Positions 13,766 through 29,111 of a stretch of 64,000 nt of DNA are shown here, piece after piece. The stretch's first letter is position 1, and each line of letters opens with the position of its first letter. A model generated the notes under the pieces. That model had not been told where the DNA came from and ran no database searches. It saw only the letters and a list, made by a program, of their open reading frames with translations. The translations under genes were made by a program, and so were the position numbers. This DNA is from the human T2T-CHM13v2.0 reference genome, Homo sapiens. The stretch is from assembly GCF_009914755.1 (NCBI RefSeq), contig NC_060928.1; one strand, 5' to 3'.

Positions 13766-14091
13766 CCCTCTTCTGTCTCCCCCTCTTAGCACTTCCCAGT
13801 GCCTACTGTCATCTTTATGTCAATGAGTACTCAATGTTTAGCTTCCACTTATAAATGAGAACATGTGGTATTTGGCTTTCTTTTCCAGCATTAATTCACT
13901 TCGGATAATGGGCTCCAGTTCCATCCATGTTGCTGCAAGGGACATTATTTCATTATTTTTATGGCTGCAAAGTATTCCATGGTGTATATATACCACATTT
14001 TCTTTCTCCAATTTATCATTGATGGACACTAGGTTGATTCCTTGTCTTTGCCATTGTGAACAGCACTGCAATGAACATGCAAGTGCATGTA

Positions 14092-14093
<2 letters not shown>
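13766..14093 (-). mobile_element. L1PB-like continuation (ORF2 end/3'UTR)
   Basis: ORF 13838..14071 contains IMSLAATWMELEPIIRSEL, similar to the L1 3' region; CACTTATAAATGAGAACATG. Confidence 0.88.
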
Positions 14094-14124
<31 letters not shown>

Positions 14125-14418
14125 TACAGGGTCTTATGTTATCACCCAGGCTGGAGTGCTGTAGCTATTCACATATGTGATTATAACTCACTGCACCCTC
14201 AAACTCTTGGGCTCAAGTGATACTCCCACCTCAGCCTCAGCCTCCCAAATAGGTGGGACTACAGATGTGTGTCACCAAGCTCAGCTTTAGAAAAAAAACT
14301 TTAGAGAAAAGGGTCTCACTATGTTGCTCAGGCTGGTCTTGAACTCCTGTACTTAAGCAATCCTCTCATGTCAGGCTCCTGGATAGCTGTGATTACAGGT
14401 GTGAGCCACTGCATCCAG
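14094..14418 (-). mobile_element. Alu (AluJ-type)
   Basis: poly-T, CTTGGGCTCAAGTGAT, GGGTCTCACTATGTTGCTCAGGCTGG (J-type features). Confidence 0.92.
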
Positions 14419-14725
14419 TAATAATAGTCTATTGTCTGAATATATCAAAATTTATTTATCCATTCACCTACTTAAGAACATCTTGGTTCCAAATTTTGAC
14501 AATTATGAATAAAGCTGCTATAAACATATGTGTGCAGGTTTTTCTGTAGGGGAAGCTTTCAAGTACCATGCCTAAATGCCAAGAAGTTTAATTGCTGGAT
14601 CATATAGTGAGATTAAGTTTAGTTTTGTAAGTAACAGCCTAATTGTCTTCCAAAGTGGCTGTACCGTTTTTATCTAAAGTGCATGACAGTTGCTGTTGTT
14701 TCACATCCTTGTCACAATTCCAGGC
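14419..14725 (-). mobile_element. L1MC1-like continuation
   Basis: TTTATTTATCCATTCACCTACT..ATTATGAATAAAGCTGCTATAAACAT..TTCCAAAGTGGCTGTACC. Confidence 0.8.
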
Positions 14726-15129
14726 TTATTTTCATGGTAGTATTAATAATAATACCTATTAAAATAAAAAATCTGGAATAATTCCAAACCAGACAGGATA
14801 CCATCGTAACAGGAGTAAGTGGGTCAGAGTAGGCAGAACAAGATTTATGGGCACTGGATTAGTCAAACTGTTGGCCCTGACATGTTTGCAAACATAGATC
14901 CACGGGAGATGCAAAGATAGATACACAAGAGAATAAGAGAAAGTCAAACAAAAACAAAAAAATGCAATGGGCACTATAAAACAGAAACAACTCAAAAGAA
15001 GGCTTAGAGGAATACAAGGCATATGGAAAAAGATTTATTCAAGAAAACTGATAAAAAATGTAAAGTCTGTCTGTGGTCATTAATAAAATGCATCAAGGTA
15101 GGTTGTTTATTTTAAAAAAGACATAAACA

Positions 15130-16990
<1,861 letters not shown>

Positions 16991-17009
16991 ATCTGGAGGC
17001 AGAAAGAAA

Positions 17010-17212
17010 CTATATATACATATATATGCACATATGTGTGTATATATGTATGTATATAAAAACATATGCATGAATATGTGTACATATATGAATGTGTATA
17101 TGTACATGTATATATTATACGTAATATGTGATATATACCACGTATGTCACACATTCTCCTGCATATATGTGTAGATATATGTATGGTGTGTGTGTATGTG
17201 TGTGTGTGTGTA
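17010..17212. repeat. Degenerate (TA/TG/CA)n simple repeat
   Basis: Direct inspection. Confidence 0.85.
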
Positions 17213-17227
17213 TTGGCTTACATATCA

Positions 17228-17789
<562 letters not shown>

Positions 17790-18682
17790 TCAGGGTAAAG
17801 AGTGACAATATATTTTCCATAAAAGTTGTGAAAAGAAAATTCTTAAGTAGCTCAGTAAGCATGCTATATTATCTAAGTAAACAGTGAAACATATGATGTA
17901 CAGTAGTGCTTTTACATATGTGTCATTGTGTCAGTTCTGTGCATGCCAAGATGCAGCTTATGTAAAATCCTAAAAGAAAGTGTCAAAAATCAATCTGAGA
18001 TAAATGAAATGGCAGGAATGAATGTCAAATAAAAGAAGGATTAAGGTCTTCCACAGCACTTGAATTAGCCTATTTGTGTTCCATGCCTGAGTTACTCCAA
18101 ATTCATTTCCAGCCAAGCAGCTCATGCATCTGCTTTTACATCAAAGCAGCTGATTCTGTGAGGTGTTCTTATTCTTGCAAAGGATGGGCAATAAATACGC
18201 AGTGGAAATCAGCTCCTAACATTGATTGAGCTTAAGACTTTGAAATACTATTTCTTTAAATAATTTTTCTATTAATAAATCAATTCATTTATCAGTAAAT
18301 CACTGTATTTGTTACTCCCATTGTGGAATTCCCTCTTTCAAATAAGGGAAGTAGCACAGATAAATCAAAAGAGAATGGGACATCTGTCAGATGGCCTGGC
18401 TCCAGACAACTTATATTCATTCACAGAATCAAAAGAAGGACTCAATCAGCAGAACAACCAACCAAATACAAATTAACAAATGCATATCTTCATTAGTTAA
18501 CCATGAGGAAAGCCCATGGCCAAGGGTCATGATGAATCATTTGTTTTAGTGCACACAATCATGGTATCATCTGCTTCCCAGAGATGAGTCCACTCTACAT
18601 TATAAACCCTGGCACCCTGGGGGATGTTTCTGAGTGCTTCCTCCCTGGAAACACTTACTTTGGTTGCTCACTAGGAACAAAA

Positions 18683-18987
18683 TTTATTTATTTATTTTTC
18701 TTGACAGAGTCTTACTCTGTCACCCAGGCTGGAGTGAAGTGGCCCAATCTCAGCTCACTGCCACCTCTGCCTGCTGGATTCAAGCGATTCTCTGCCTTAG
18801 CTTCCTCAGTAGCTGGGACTGCAGATGTGCACCACAACACCTAGCTAACTTTTGTGTGTGTGTATTTTTAGTAGAGACGGGGTTTCACCATCTTTGCCCG
18901 GGTGTCTCGAACTCCTGATCTCAAGTGATCTGCTTGCCTTGGCCTCCCAAAGTGCTGGGATTACAGGTGTGAGCCACCATGCCTGAC
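18683..18987 (-). mobile_element. Alu (AluS-type)
   Basis: Full antisense Alu; ACAAAATTT on both flanks. Confidence 0.95.
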
Positions 18988-20591
18988 AAAATTTCATGTA
19001 CTCCTAATTACAATACTGGACATGGAATAGACCATCTATCAAAGCTCAAGTCAAATCCAAGCCCTCTGTTTGTATGTAAAGAGATTCCAGTCCAGAAGAA
19101 AAAAATAATTTCCTTACAATCACACAGCATCTTAGTGGCAGATATGAAACTATGCTGTGTAGGAAAATTAGTTTCAAAATTTTCTCATGAAGAATGACTA
19201 TTTGATTTTCCCTGTCAGGTGTTAAACAAAGACCAAGCTAGAAAATTACCTCCTTATTCCCCTTTGCTAAATGAATAAAACAGAGTATATTAAGCAAATT
19301 TTTTTTTGAAAAGCTACCTAAATAGATTTCAATGATATAACATTTTTATTTTAAATTACATAGAAAGTGAGAGTGCTGAGCTAGGGTGCAGGACAGTTTA
19401 TATTTCATGTGTACAAGCCCTGAATTAAATTTAGGAAGAGATGGAAGTAAAAAATTTGCTTTAATATATTTTATTTTCCTCAAGAACATAGTACATCCCT
19501 TTTAACAAAGCGTTCATACAACCCCATAGCCTGGCCTCAACTAACGTATCTTCAACTTTTCTTTTTTTTTTTTTTTTAACATTCTCTCTCATATACTTTA
19601 CTGTAATTACATCTAAACTACTTGTCACTCCCCCAAATATACCATATTACTTTTAGCTTCTGCAACTATATATGTGATAATCCTGTCATTTCCCCTTCGT
19701 TTCTCTTTAAAGGAAAATCATCAGCATTTATTGAGGGCCCATACTGTCACAGGCACTTGACCTTATTTCTTCTGGTTGTACCATTTTCTAATCACACAAT
19801 CTGAGGAAAATCAGTCTCCGAGTATTGACTGTAGACTCTGGCTGCTGATATCTACCCCCCATGGCAGATATGATCTTGTATAAAAGAGTACACTACAAGC
19901 ACTAGCATGCCACGCAAAAGAAGGGGATGGATGGTGCCACATTCCCTGCTGGCTCCCGTGCGGAGGCTCTCGCTCATTGCTGAGACCTTTTGGACCTGTG
20001 TCACGTCCCTGCTTGTTCTTCCCCTTATGTTTGCCTTTATGGGTGGCACATAACCCACCTTCCTCCCCTGACTGTCTTATCTTCAGTCTCTGAGACCTCC
20101 TTAAAGAGCTCCTCAGAATAGCAAGAGACCTCATCACATTTGCAAATGTCAGCCCATTCGAACCACTGCAAGAAAAGAATGAGAAATTTTAACTCCCCTA
20201 AATGAGAGTTCCTCTCAGTGGTCTGGCTTCAGAGATCACTATATTCGATGGCCTTAAATGATTTAGGAGTTATTCAACTGTCAGTTCTGATGGACTGATT
20301 TGGTGTCAGGAGAGGAGTTATTTGCACGTTAAGAGCATTCTTCTATATTCAAGATCAGCAGAAAGATGATCCTCTGTCCTAAGAGTTCCAGGAAAAGCTG
20401 TGGAATTGAATCTTTTAGAAATGGTTTGTGTCAGGCACTCCTTCCTTCTTGGCCGGCAGATAGACATGCTTAACGCCTAGGCTGGAGTTCCATGCCCCTC
20501 CTGAAGCCTAGCTATATGGGGGAATAAGCCAATTTGAACTACCTGGACTAAAAGGTAGAGGGGAAATCTAAGGAAAGATAGAGTGTGGAAG

Positions 20592-20593
<2 letters not shown>

Positions 20594-20626
<33 letters not shown>

Positions 20627-20634
20627 AAAGAAAA
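20594..20634 (+). repeat. poly(A)31 followed by GAAAA units
   Basis: Direct count. Confidence 0.93.
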
Positions 20635-22424
20635 GATAAATACATCCCAGGGAGGAAAATAATCCTCAGATGTTCAAGAGTTCAAATTAGATTTTCCCTG
20701 CTCCTAGTCATTTGCCTATGGCAATCGTATGATTATATATCCAAGATATTCCATGGCTTATCATAAACCTTTTCTGACAGCAGGTTCATCCCACTCCCTA
20801 TCTTAGGCTTACTGCAAATGTGTGTTTCTGCCAAATGCTTTTAATAGAACAAAAGACCAAGGGGAACAAAACCCACTCTAGTCTAGAGACCTGAAAATGA
20901 GGAAGGTGACTTTAAGAGTATCATAGTCTTAAGTTATTAAAGAAATGATGTTAAAATCAAGACCTTATAAGCCGATCTATTTGTTAAGAGCTAACCAGAA
21001 AGTATTTATAAAAAGACTCAAGTAGATTCATGTTACTGATCACTGGCAACCTGAAGTTTGCATCTATTTGTCGCTGCTTCTAGATATTTTTTAAGGAGTC
21101 TGTGTGACTTGGAATAAGTCACTTTTTCCCCTGGGTCTCAAATTAATTTATTGCAAAATAATGGGTTTGTATATGAGTATTCATTTAACAAAAATACTAT
21201 TAGCCACTTACTAAATTCCAAACACTGGTTATGTGCTAGGAAAAGAGTCTATTGATCTCAGTTTTGAAAGATGAGAATGCATTCATCTAAATGACAAAGG
21301 TTAGGACAGGGATTGTGTTGTAGGCAAAAGCCACATCATAAGCAAAGTTGTAGATTTTAAGTACCTGAAAAAAGCTCAGGATATTATTGCATGGGCTGTG
21401 AAAAACTCACAAATAATATTAATAGATTGTAAAGGCAGTGCTAATACCTTTTTATCTTTCATTTTGGATTTTCAAAGATGAATTTTGCAAGTTGCCTCTC
21501 AAGTTTCAATTTGGAGAATTTGGGTCAGGTTATCATGAGGACAAGGGCACATTGTCTGCTAGAGAGAATATTTCTGATGGTCACCATCTGTGTTTGCTCT
21601 GTGTTTGAAACAACCTCATAAGGAATTATTTGATTCAGGCTAGATGAAAATTCGGGTTATTCTTTAACAAATATTTATTCCCATTCTTCTCCCACAGTGG
21701 AAAAGTAGTTTTCTCTACCTATAGATGTTGGAATCTTGGGCTCTGGTAATTGTCCATAGTAAGTATGTGCCTGGTCTCCCTGCTTACTCAAATGAATAAG
21801 AAAAGTGGAGTGGACCTGAATACAACCCACATCCTGGAAGACATATATGGTTTCTTCTAAGATTAAATAAGATAGCTGCTGTATTTCTGGGACTCCCTGT
21901 CCCGGTCATTCTTTTCTACTCTCATCCACAAAGACCAGAGCACTCTTAGGTAAAACTAGGTATAGTTAAGCAGAACTCTGTGAAATGAAAGTCCATAGGG
22001 AAAACTTCATGCTTAAATTCCTTTCATTTCTTACATGTCCAGACATACCCATAGATTCTATAGGGTGGAGTGTCAGGGACAAAATAGCTTCCTAGAAAAT
22101 AATTCATGTAAATGACAATGTCATGAACAAGAGCACAGGTCTGCACGATGACAATGGTCTGAAGAAGTAGAAGGGGGTCAGGTTATTTTCCAGCCCCTTC
22201 TTCAATTTGAGCAGGCGCTGTAACAAAATCACAAGGCAAACCTATCGTTAGAATTCTGCAAGACATTTTGAGTTCGTGGCACCAATGCTTTGTGGTCTAT
22301 GTAATTGGATATAAAACAGGTGACGGTAAATAATATTTTAAACACTCCATTTTATTGTTACAGACTCCAATCGTAAGAGTACTGCTTCAAGATTTTTTTA
22401 TTCCCTGCACTAAGGAGGAATATT

Positions 22425-22506
22425 CAACACACACACGCTACATACGCACACACCAATCTCACACACACATACACACACATGTAAATAAAACACACATACA
22501 CACACA
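22425..22506. repeat. Degenerate (CA)n
   Basis: Direct inspection. Confidence 0.85.
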
Positions 22507-22629
22507 AATGTACAAAAAAAACACTTTGATGATTTCCCAAAGCTCTGCCACAGCATAAAAGAGCTTTCATAATTGGTTGCTGGCTTTTTGTTCATTCTCA
22601 TTTTGTACCATTCTTCCCTTCTCCTGAGT

Positions 22630-23052
22630 CTGTCAAGTTCCTTCTACCTGGGGACCTTGTCTCTTGCACCTGCTGTTCCTGCTGCATGGTGCTCTCTTCA
22701 TTCTTCTTGTTAATCTAATTGATGCCTATTCATACATACATATATATATATATATATGTATGTATATATATTTTCTAGTTGTTCAAACTCCCTAAGGAAA
22801 ACTTTCTCTGAATCCCAAGCCTATATTTGATTTTCCCAGTAAATATTCTCAGATATCCTCATCATTTTCTTTCATAATTTCATCAGTTAACAATTATATT
22901 TTTATGTAATTAATTGATTAACATCGTCTCCTCCACTCTGTTGCAAGGTTTATATGAACTTGTCCTGATGGCATCTCACTATTCTATGTGCAAGGTGCTT
23001 AGTATGAGACCTAGCCACACAAGTGGGTGGCTTCACATTCTGTTTGCTGAGA
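22630..23052 (+). mobile_element. L2 3' fragment with internal (TA)n
   Basis: CTTGCACCTGCTGTTCC..GAAAACTTTCTCTGA..AGACCTAGCCACAC pattern typical of the L2 3' end. Confidence 0.55.
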
Positions 23053-26000
23053 ACAGTCAAGTTTTATGCATATTGCCTGGCTTAATTGTTAATAGTGCTC
23101 TCTTGATTTTTAATAGTGCTTTCCTAAAATTATCCTGATGTGGAATTTACCATAAAGCTACTGTTCATGTATGGAATTCCAATAATCTTTGTTGGATGTC
23201 TCACTTTTTTTAAGAAGAATTTTTCCATCTAAGTCTCTTTATTCCTCCATGCAAAGTGATTCTACTCTAGACATGCTGGGATGTGTCTGAATGTGCAACA
23301 TTTGTTCAGCTCAGAGTGTCATCTGTGCTACATAGCACCCTGAAAACCGTTAAGGTCAGCAAGCTCTACATTTAAAGATGTTTCAAGTTCCCATTGCCAT
23401 CATGACTTAAAATTTCTTCAATGTGAATTGCAGATCCAGGGCCCTTCACAGCATTTGTTCATGCATGCCTTAAGTCAGCAGTCATGCATTCAGTGAGATT
23501 TGGGTTGTTTAACATGTGGTTTAAAACCATAGTCTCCCAGTCCTTATTTTCATGGAATTATGGCATAAGGAGCTCAACAATGCAACAACCATAACTGGGA
23601 AAAATTATTTCAAAAAATGAAATCAACTACTTACAGTGTCTGGAAATTATCCTAAGATCAAAGAAAAATAAAGACTTTTTTTAAAAAAATCTACTAAATA
23701 TCAATAAGAATAGCAAGACTCTGTAGCACTTAAGACACTGTCTGCTCCTTTTCTCCCCAATTCCCCCAGTTCAGTGTAATGGAAGCTCTACTCTTGGCAG
23801 ATGTTATTGGGAAGATGGGGCTTTCTCTCCTCCAGGCCCCAGTTAAAGGCTACAGTATCTCCCTGGGAGGAGCAGTGTGCCAGTGATTCTCATCCCACCC
23901 TAACCCATGTTATGAAGGCTAAATTCCAGATGGGTGCAACTGAGAGGGTCGGGGCTGCCTTCTACCACAAAATCCCTGCTGATAGTTTGGAGGCTCTACC
24001 CCACAAGCAACAAACTGAGTATACTGATGACCCATTCATTCATCCTCAAGATAGCTTGTTCATGTGGCAGCAGTTCCACACCAGCAGAGACAAAGTGAGA
24101 AGACCAGAGGCTAATATCATCATCCAGCATTATGCTCATCAAACATGAGTGTCACTCTTAAGAAAAGCTCATTATTTTCCATACCACCAGCAATGGCTCA
24201 GAGATTTTGCCCAGGCTAGAGGAACCAAGCCATAAAGAAGTCTCCAAAGCTTTCACCAAAGGAATTGCCTTTATTTGCAAGAGTGTGGAGAATTTCAAAC
24301 CTAAATACACTCTCAAAAGCAAAGAGAATTAAGTGCTAAGGAATTAAGAGAAGGTTAGTAGATCTATGAGAGCAAGCTAAACTTTAGGTTTTCTGGTTTA
24401 CAGGAGATGACTGGGGAAAGAAATGTCTAAGAAGAGCTATCCTGGTGTCAGAACAAACCTCAAATACAGACCTCAGGAACTACATCTGCAAAGGGCCTGA
24501 TATTAATTGGATCAGATTGTGGAGCAATTTGTGCCTCAGGACATTGTCAGAAAGAATAAAGCAAACAACCAGCAACTAGTGGAACCTAAGGGTAGGGTGT
24601 GTTGTCAACAGAGGCAAACAGCTTAACAGAGAGATTATGGAAAAAAAGAGTGACATAACTCCTGCTAAAAATCATTGTCAACTCAGAATGACTGTGCACA
24701 TGCCCAAAGGTGCATTCTCTTAAAAGTGACATGAGAGGTTTCACACTGCAAAGGATAGATACTTCACAAAAATAGTACATCCAAGTCAAGAAACCAATAA
24801 GCAAGTAATACACAAAACAAAAGAAAAACAAAAAACAACACATCCAGAAAGGGCCATAGACCAGTATCAAAAGCTGCAATGCTATATCACCTAAAATGTG
24901 CAATTTTCAACACAAAGATGTATGAGACATGCAATGAATCAGGACATTTTTATCCATCCACAGAGAAAAGGAGAAAACAGGAATTGTCTGTGAGGGTGGC
25001 CAGATAGCCAACTTAACAAAAATTTCAAAGGAGCCATTATAAATACAGTCAAACAACCAAAAAAAAAAAACATGATTTAAAAAGTAAAGTAAGATGTGAA
25101 GATATTGTTTTATTAAATATCAATATCAAAGATAAATAAATAATAAATAAAAACCAAATGAAAATTATGTTGTTGGAAACTGCAATAACTGATATAAAAA
25201 AATACAATAGAATTTTTTAGACCAGTTTTCAATAGAATGGGCTAAAAAGTAGATTTGAAGTGGGAGAAAAAAAGCATTAGAAAGCTTGAAAATAGACATA
25301 TAGAGATTATGCATTTTGAAGAGTAACAATAAACAAAGAATGAAGAAAACAAGGAAAAGAGACTCAGATGAACATACATATAAGAGTATCAGAAGGGAAA
25401 GAGAAGACAAAAGAGACCATAAAAATATTTAACAAAATAATAACTAAAAACTTCCAAAATTTGATGAACAATTTAATGTATATATCCAAGAAGTTCAACA
25501 GACTCCAAAACAAATTAAAACAAAGCGATCCACAATAAAGCACAGCATTGTCAAAATTTTGAAAGCCAAAGTAAAGAGAAAAATCTTAAAATTATCAAGA
25601 GAAATATCACTTACCACATACAAGTCTTAAATGAGGTACAAGAAACCTCGATAAGGATAACAGCTGACTTCTCATCACAAACAATGGATGCCAGTAATCC
25701 CAGAGAATGGCATGTTCCAAGTGCTGAAAGAGAGAAAACAAATGTCCAGGGAGGTCTTTATATCAAAGGAAATTTTTGTTAACAATGAAAGCAAAATAAA
25801 CAGAGAAGTAAGACTGATAATTTGCAGCTAACAGACCTGCCTTAGAGGAAATACTAAAGGAAATTCCTCAAGCTGAAAGCAGGTTATACCAGATATAATT
25901 TGTATCACATAAAGGAAAAAAAGAACACAGTAAATGTAATTGTGTAATTTCAGAAGACAGTTTAAATCAATATTTCTTTTCATTTATTATTTTAACTGAC

Positions 26001-28387
26001 TTGAAAAATAAGTATGGAAAACAATATGTATATATTTTGTAGTTGGGTCTATAACATGTAGAAATGTAATGTATGCATGACATAAACATCACATAGGACT
26101 TGAAGGGGAGCAAAGCTATATTGGAGGAAGAAAATAACACCTGAGAGTAGCTTGAATCCACAGATCAAGTCAAGGGAACCAAAAATGATCAATAATAAAT
26201 GATCTATAGTGTATACTTGATCTTTCTTCTCACAACTTCTTTAAAAGACATAAAACTATATAAAAGTTATAATTATAACAACATACTATTATGGATATAA
26301 CATGTAATATATATGCTATCTATAAGGATAAAATGTGAATAACAATTTTGGCACAAAACAAAGGAAAGGAAACATGAATGTATAGCATTTATGTTTCTAT
26401 ATCTTACTGGATCTAAATTAGTATAAATCTAATGTGGAACTTAATAAGCAAATAGTTCAAAAGTATACTGAGTAAATCATTAAAGGAATTAAAATGTTAC
26501 ACTAGAAAATCTTAACACATGCAAATGAAAGCAATAAAGGAAGAATAGAAGAAGAAGGCATGTGACATATAGAACGCAGAAGTGACATGAAGACATAAAT
26601 CCAAATACATCCATAATAATAGAAAATGCAAATGCTTTAAACAATCGGATCAAAGGACAAAGATTGTCAGACTGGATTAAAAAAGAATAATAACCAACGA
26701 AATGCTTTTTACAGGAGTCACACTTTAGATTCAAAGATACAAATAGCTTGAAAGAAAAGGATGGAGAAATATATATTATGCAAATAGCAACCTTAAGAAA
26801 TCTGGAGTGGCTCTACTACCACCAGACTAGGCTTTAAAACAAAAGATGTTACTAGAGATGAAAAGAGACATTTTATAATGATAAAATGAGCAATCTGTCA
26901 TAAAGATGTCACAATTATAAACAACTATTGAAAGAATTTAAGGTAAAAATAGACAGGCTATGATAAAAGTTGGAAATTTTAATATGTCATTTTCAATAAT
27001 GAATAGAAGATGTGAACAACATTAGAACAAAGTATTGAGCAAACAAACTAGACCTAACAGACATCTATAGAATTCTCTACTTATCACTTGCAGAATGCAC
27101 ATTCTTTTCAAGTACACATAGAACAGTCTCCAGAATAGACCATATCCTAAGTCATAAAACAAGCCTCAGTAATTTAAAATAATTGAAATCATAAAGGGGA
27201 TGATTGGCAACCACAATGGCATGAAATTATAAATCAATGGCCAAAGAAATTTTGAGAAATTTGTAAGTAGGTGAAAATTAAACCACACATTTCTACATAA
27301 TTAATGGGTCAAAAAACTCACAAGAAAATAAAAAATACTTTGAAATGAATGAAAATGAAGACACATTATGCCATAATCTACAGGATGATGTTAAATCATT
27401 GATCAGAGGGAAATTTATGACTATAAATGTTTATATTTTTAAAGAAAGATCTTGTATTAATACGTAATCTTCCATCTTAAGACATTGGAGAAACAAACAC
27501 AAAGAAAACTTAAAGCAAGCAGAATATTTAACCTAATAAAGATAAGAGTGGCCATTAATTGAAAAATAAACAATAAAGGAAAACAACAAAAGGAAAGGTT
27601 TGTTTTCTATGTAAACGTCAGCAACGTTGACAAACTTTTAGTTAGACTGACAAATAAAAAAAGACTGAAGACAGAAATCACCAAGATCAAGAGTGAAAGA
27701 ATGGTCATGACTACTGGCCTTAAATACATTTTAAAAAGCAAGGTTATCAAATAATACTATGCCAGAACTAAATAATACAGTTGAAATGGAAAATTTTCTA
27801 GAAAGACGCAAATTACTGAAACTGATTCCACAAGATATAGAAAATTCGTATGAATTTATATGAAATAATAAGATTGCAATTGTAATTAGAAAACTTTTCA
27901 CAAAGTAAAACTCAGGCCCTCATTGATTCACCAGTGAATTCTAACGAACATAGAGACAAAACTTAATATCAATTCTTCACAAACTCTTCCAAGAATGAAA
28001 GAAGAGGGAACACTTCCCAACTTGACCTATATAATCAGTATTACCGAAATACTAAAACCAGACAAAGATATTACAAAAAAGAAAAGTACAGAACAATATC
28101 TCTTAGGAATATAGACACAAAAGTACTTTTTAAAATACTAGCAAATTTAATCCAGTAGCATATTAAAAAAGTATTCACTATGATTAAATGGGATGTATCA
28201 CAGGAATTCAGTGTTGGCTTAACATCCAAAAATACGTTTGTGTAATACAACATATCAATAAAATAAAAGACAAAAACCTCATAATCTCAAATAATTAAAA
28301 AAATCTTTTGACAAAATTTAACATGCTTTTATAATGAAAACACTCAAAATATTAAAATTAGAAGATAACTTTCTCATCATAAAGGCC

Positions 28388-28390
<3 letters not shown>

Positions 28391-28456
<66 letters not shown>
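28391..28456. repeat. (TA)27(CA)6 microsatellite
   Basis: Direct count. Confidence 0.95.
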
Positions 28457-28739
28457 GTTATCATCATACCATCTGCTGAAAGACTGCCTTCATCTTAAGA
28501 TCAGGGATTATGAACAATGCTTATTATTACCACTTTTATTAAACTTTGTGCTTAGCAGTCTAGCCATGCAATTACACAAAAGTAAAAGTGACATATAAAA
28601 ACTCTCCAGTGTAGAAAATCAGAAATAAAGCTATGCCTAGTCTCATATGACAAAATCTTGCTTACAGAAAATTCTAAGAAGTCCATTAAAAGCTATTAGA
28701 ACTAACAAACAAGTTGGACAAGGTTTCAGGCTATAATAC

Positions 28740-29111
28740 TGACATGGTTTGTTTCTGTCTCCACCCAAATCTCATCTTGAATTGTAGTTCTCATAATGCC
28801 CACGTGTCCTGGGAGGGACCCAGTGGGAGGTAATTGAATCATGGGGGCAGTTGTCTTCATGCTGTTCTTGTGATAGTAACAGAGAGAGAGAGTTCTCACC
28901 AGATCTGATGGTTTTATAAGGGGCTTTTTCCCCTTTGCTCAGCACTCATTCTCTCTCCTGCCGCCCTGTGAAGAGATGTCTTTCACCATAATTGTAAGTT
29001 TCCTAAGGCCTTATCAGCCATGTGGATCTATGAGTCAATTAAACCTCTTTTCTTTATAAATTACCCAGTCTTGGATATTTCTTCATAGCAGCATGAGAGC
29101 AGACTAATACA
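28740..29111 (+). mobile_element. THE1/MST solo LTR inserted in L1
   Basis: TG..CA termini, GAGTCAATTAAACCTCTTTTCTTTATAAATTACCCAGTC; TSD AATAC/AATAT. Confidence 0.93.

Noticed and set aside
20594-20634. Orphan poly(A) as the tail of a processed pseudogene
   Set aside because: No upstream poly(A) signal, ORF or TSD; best read as an A-rich microsatellite.
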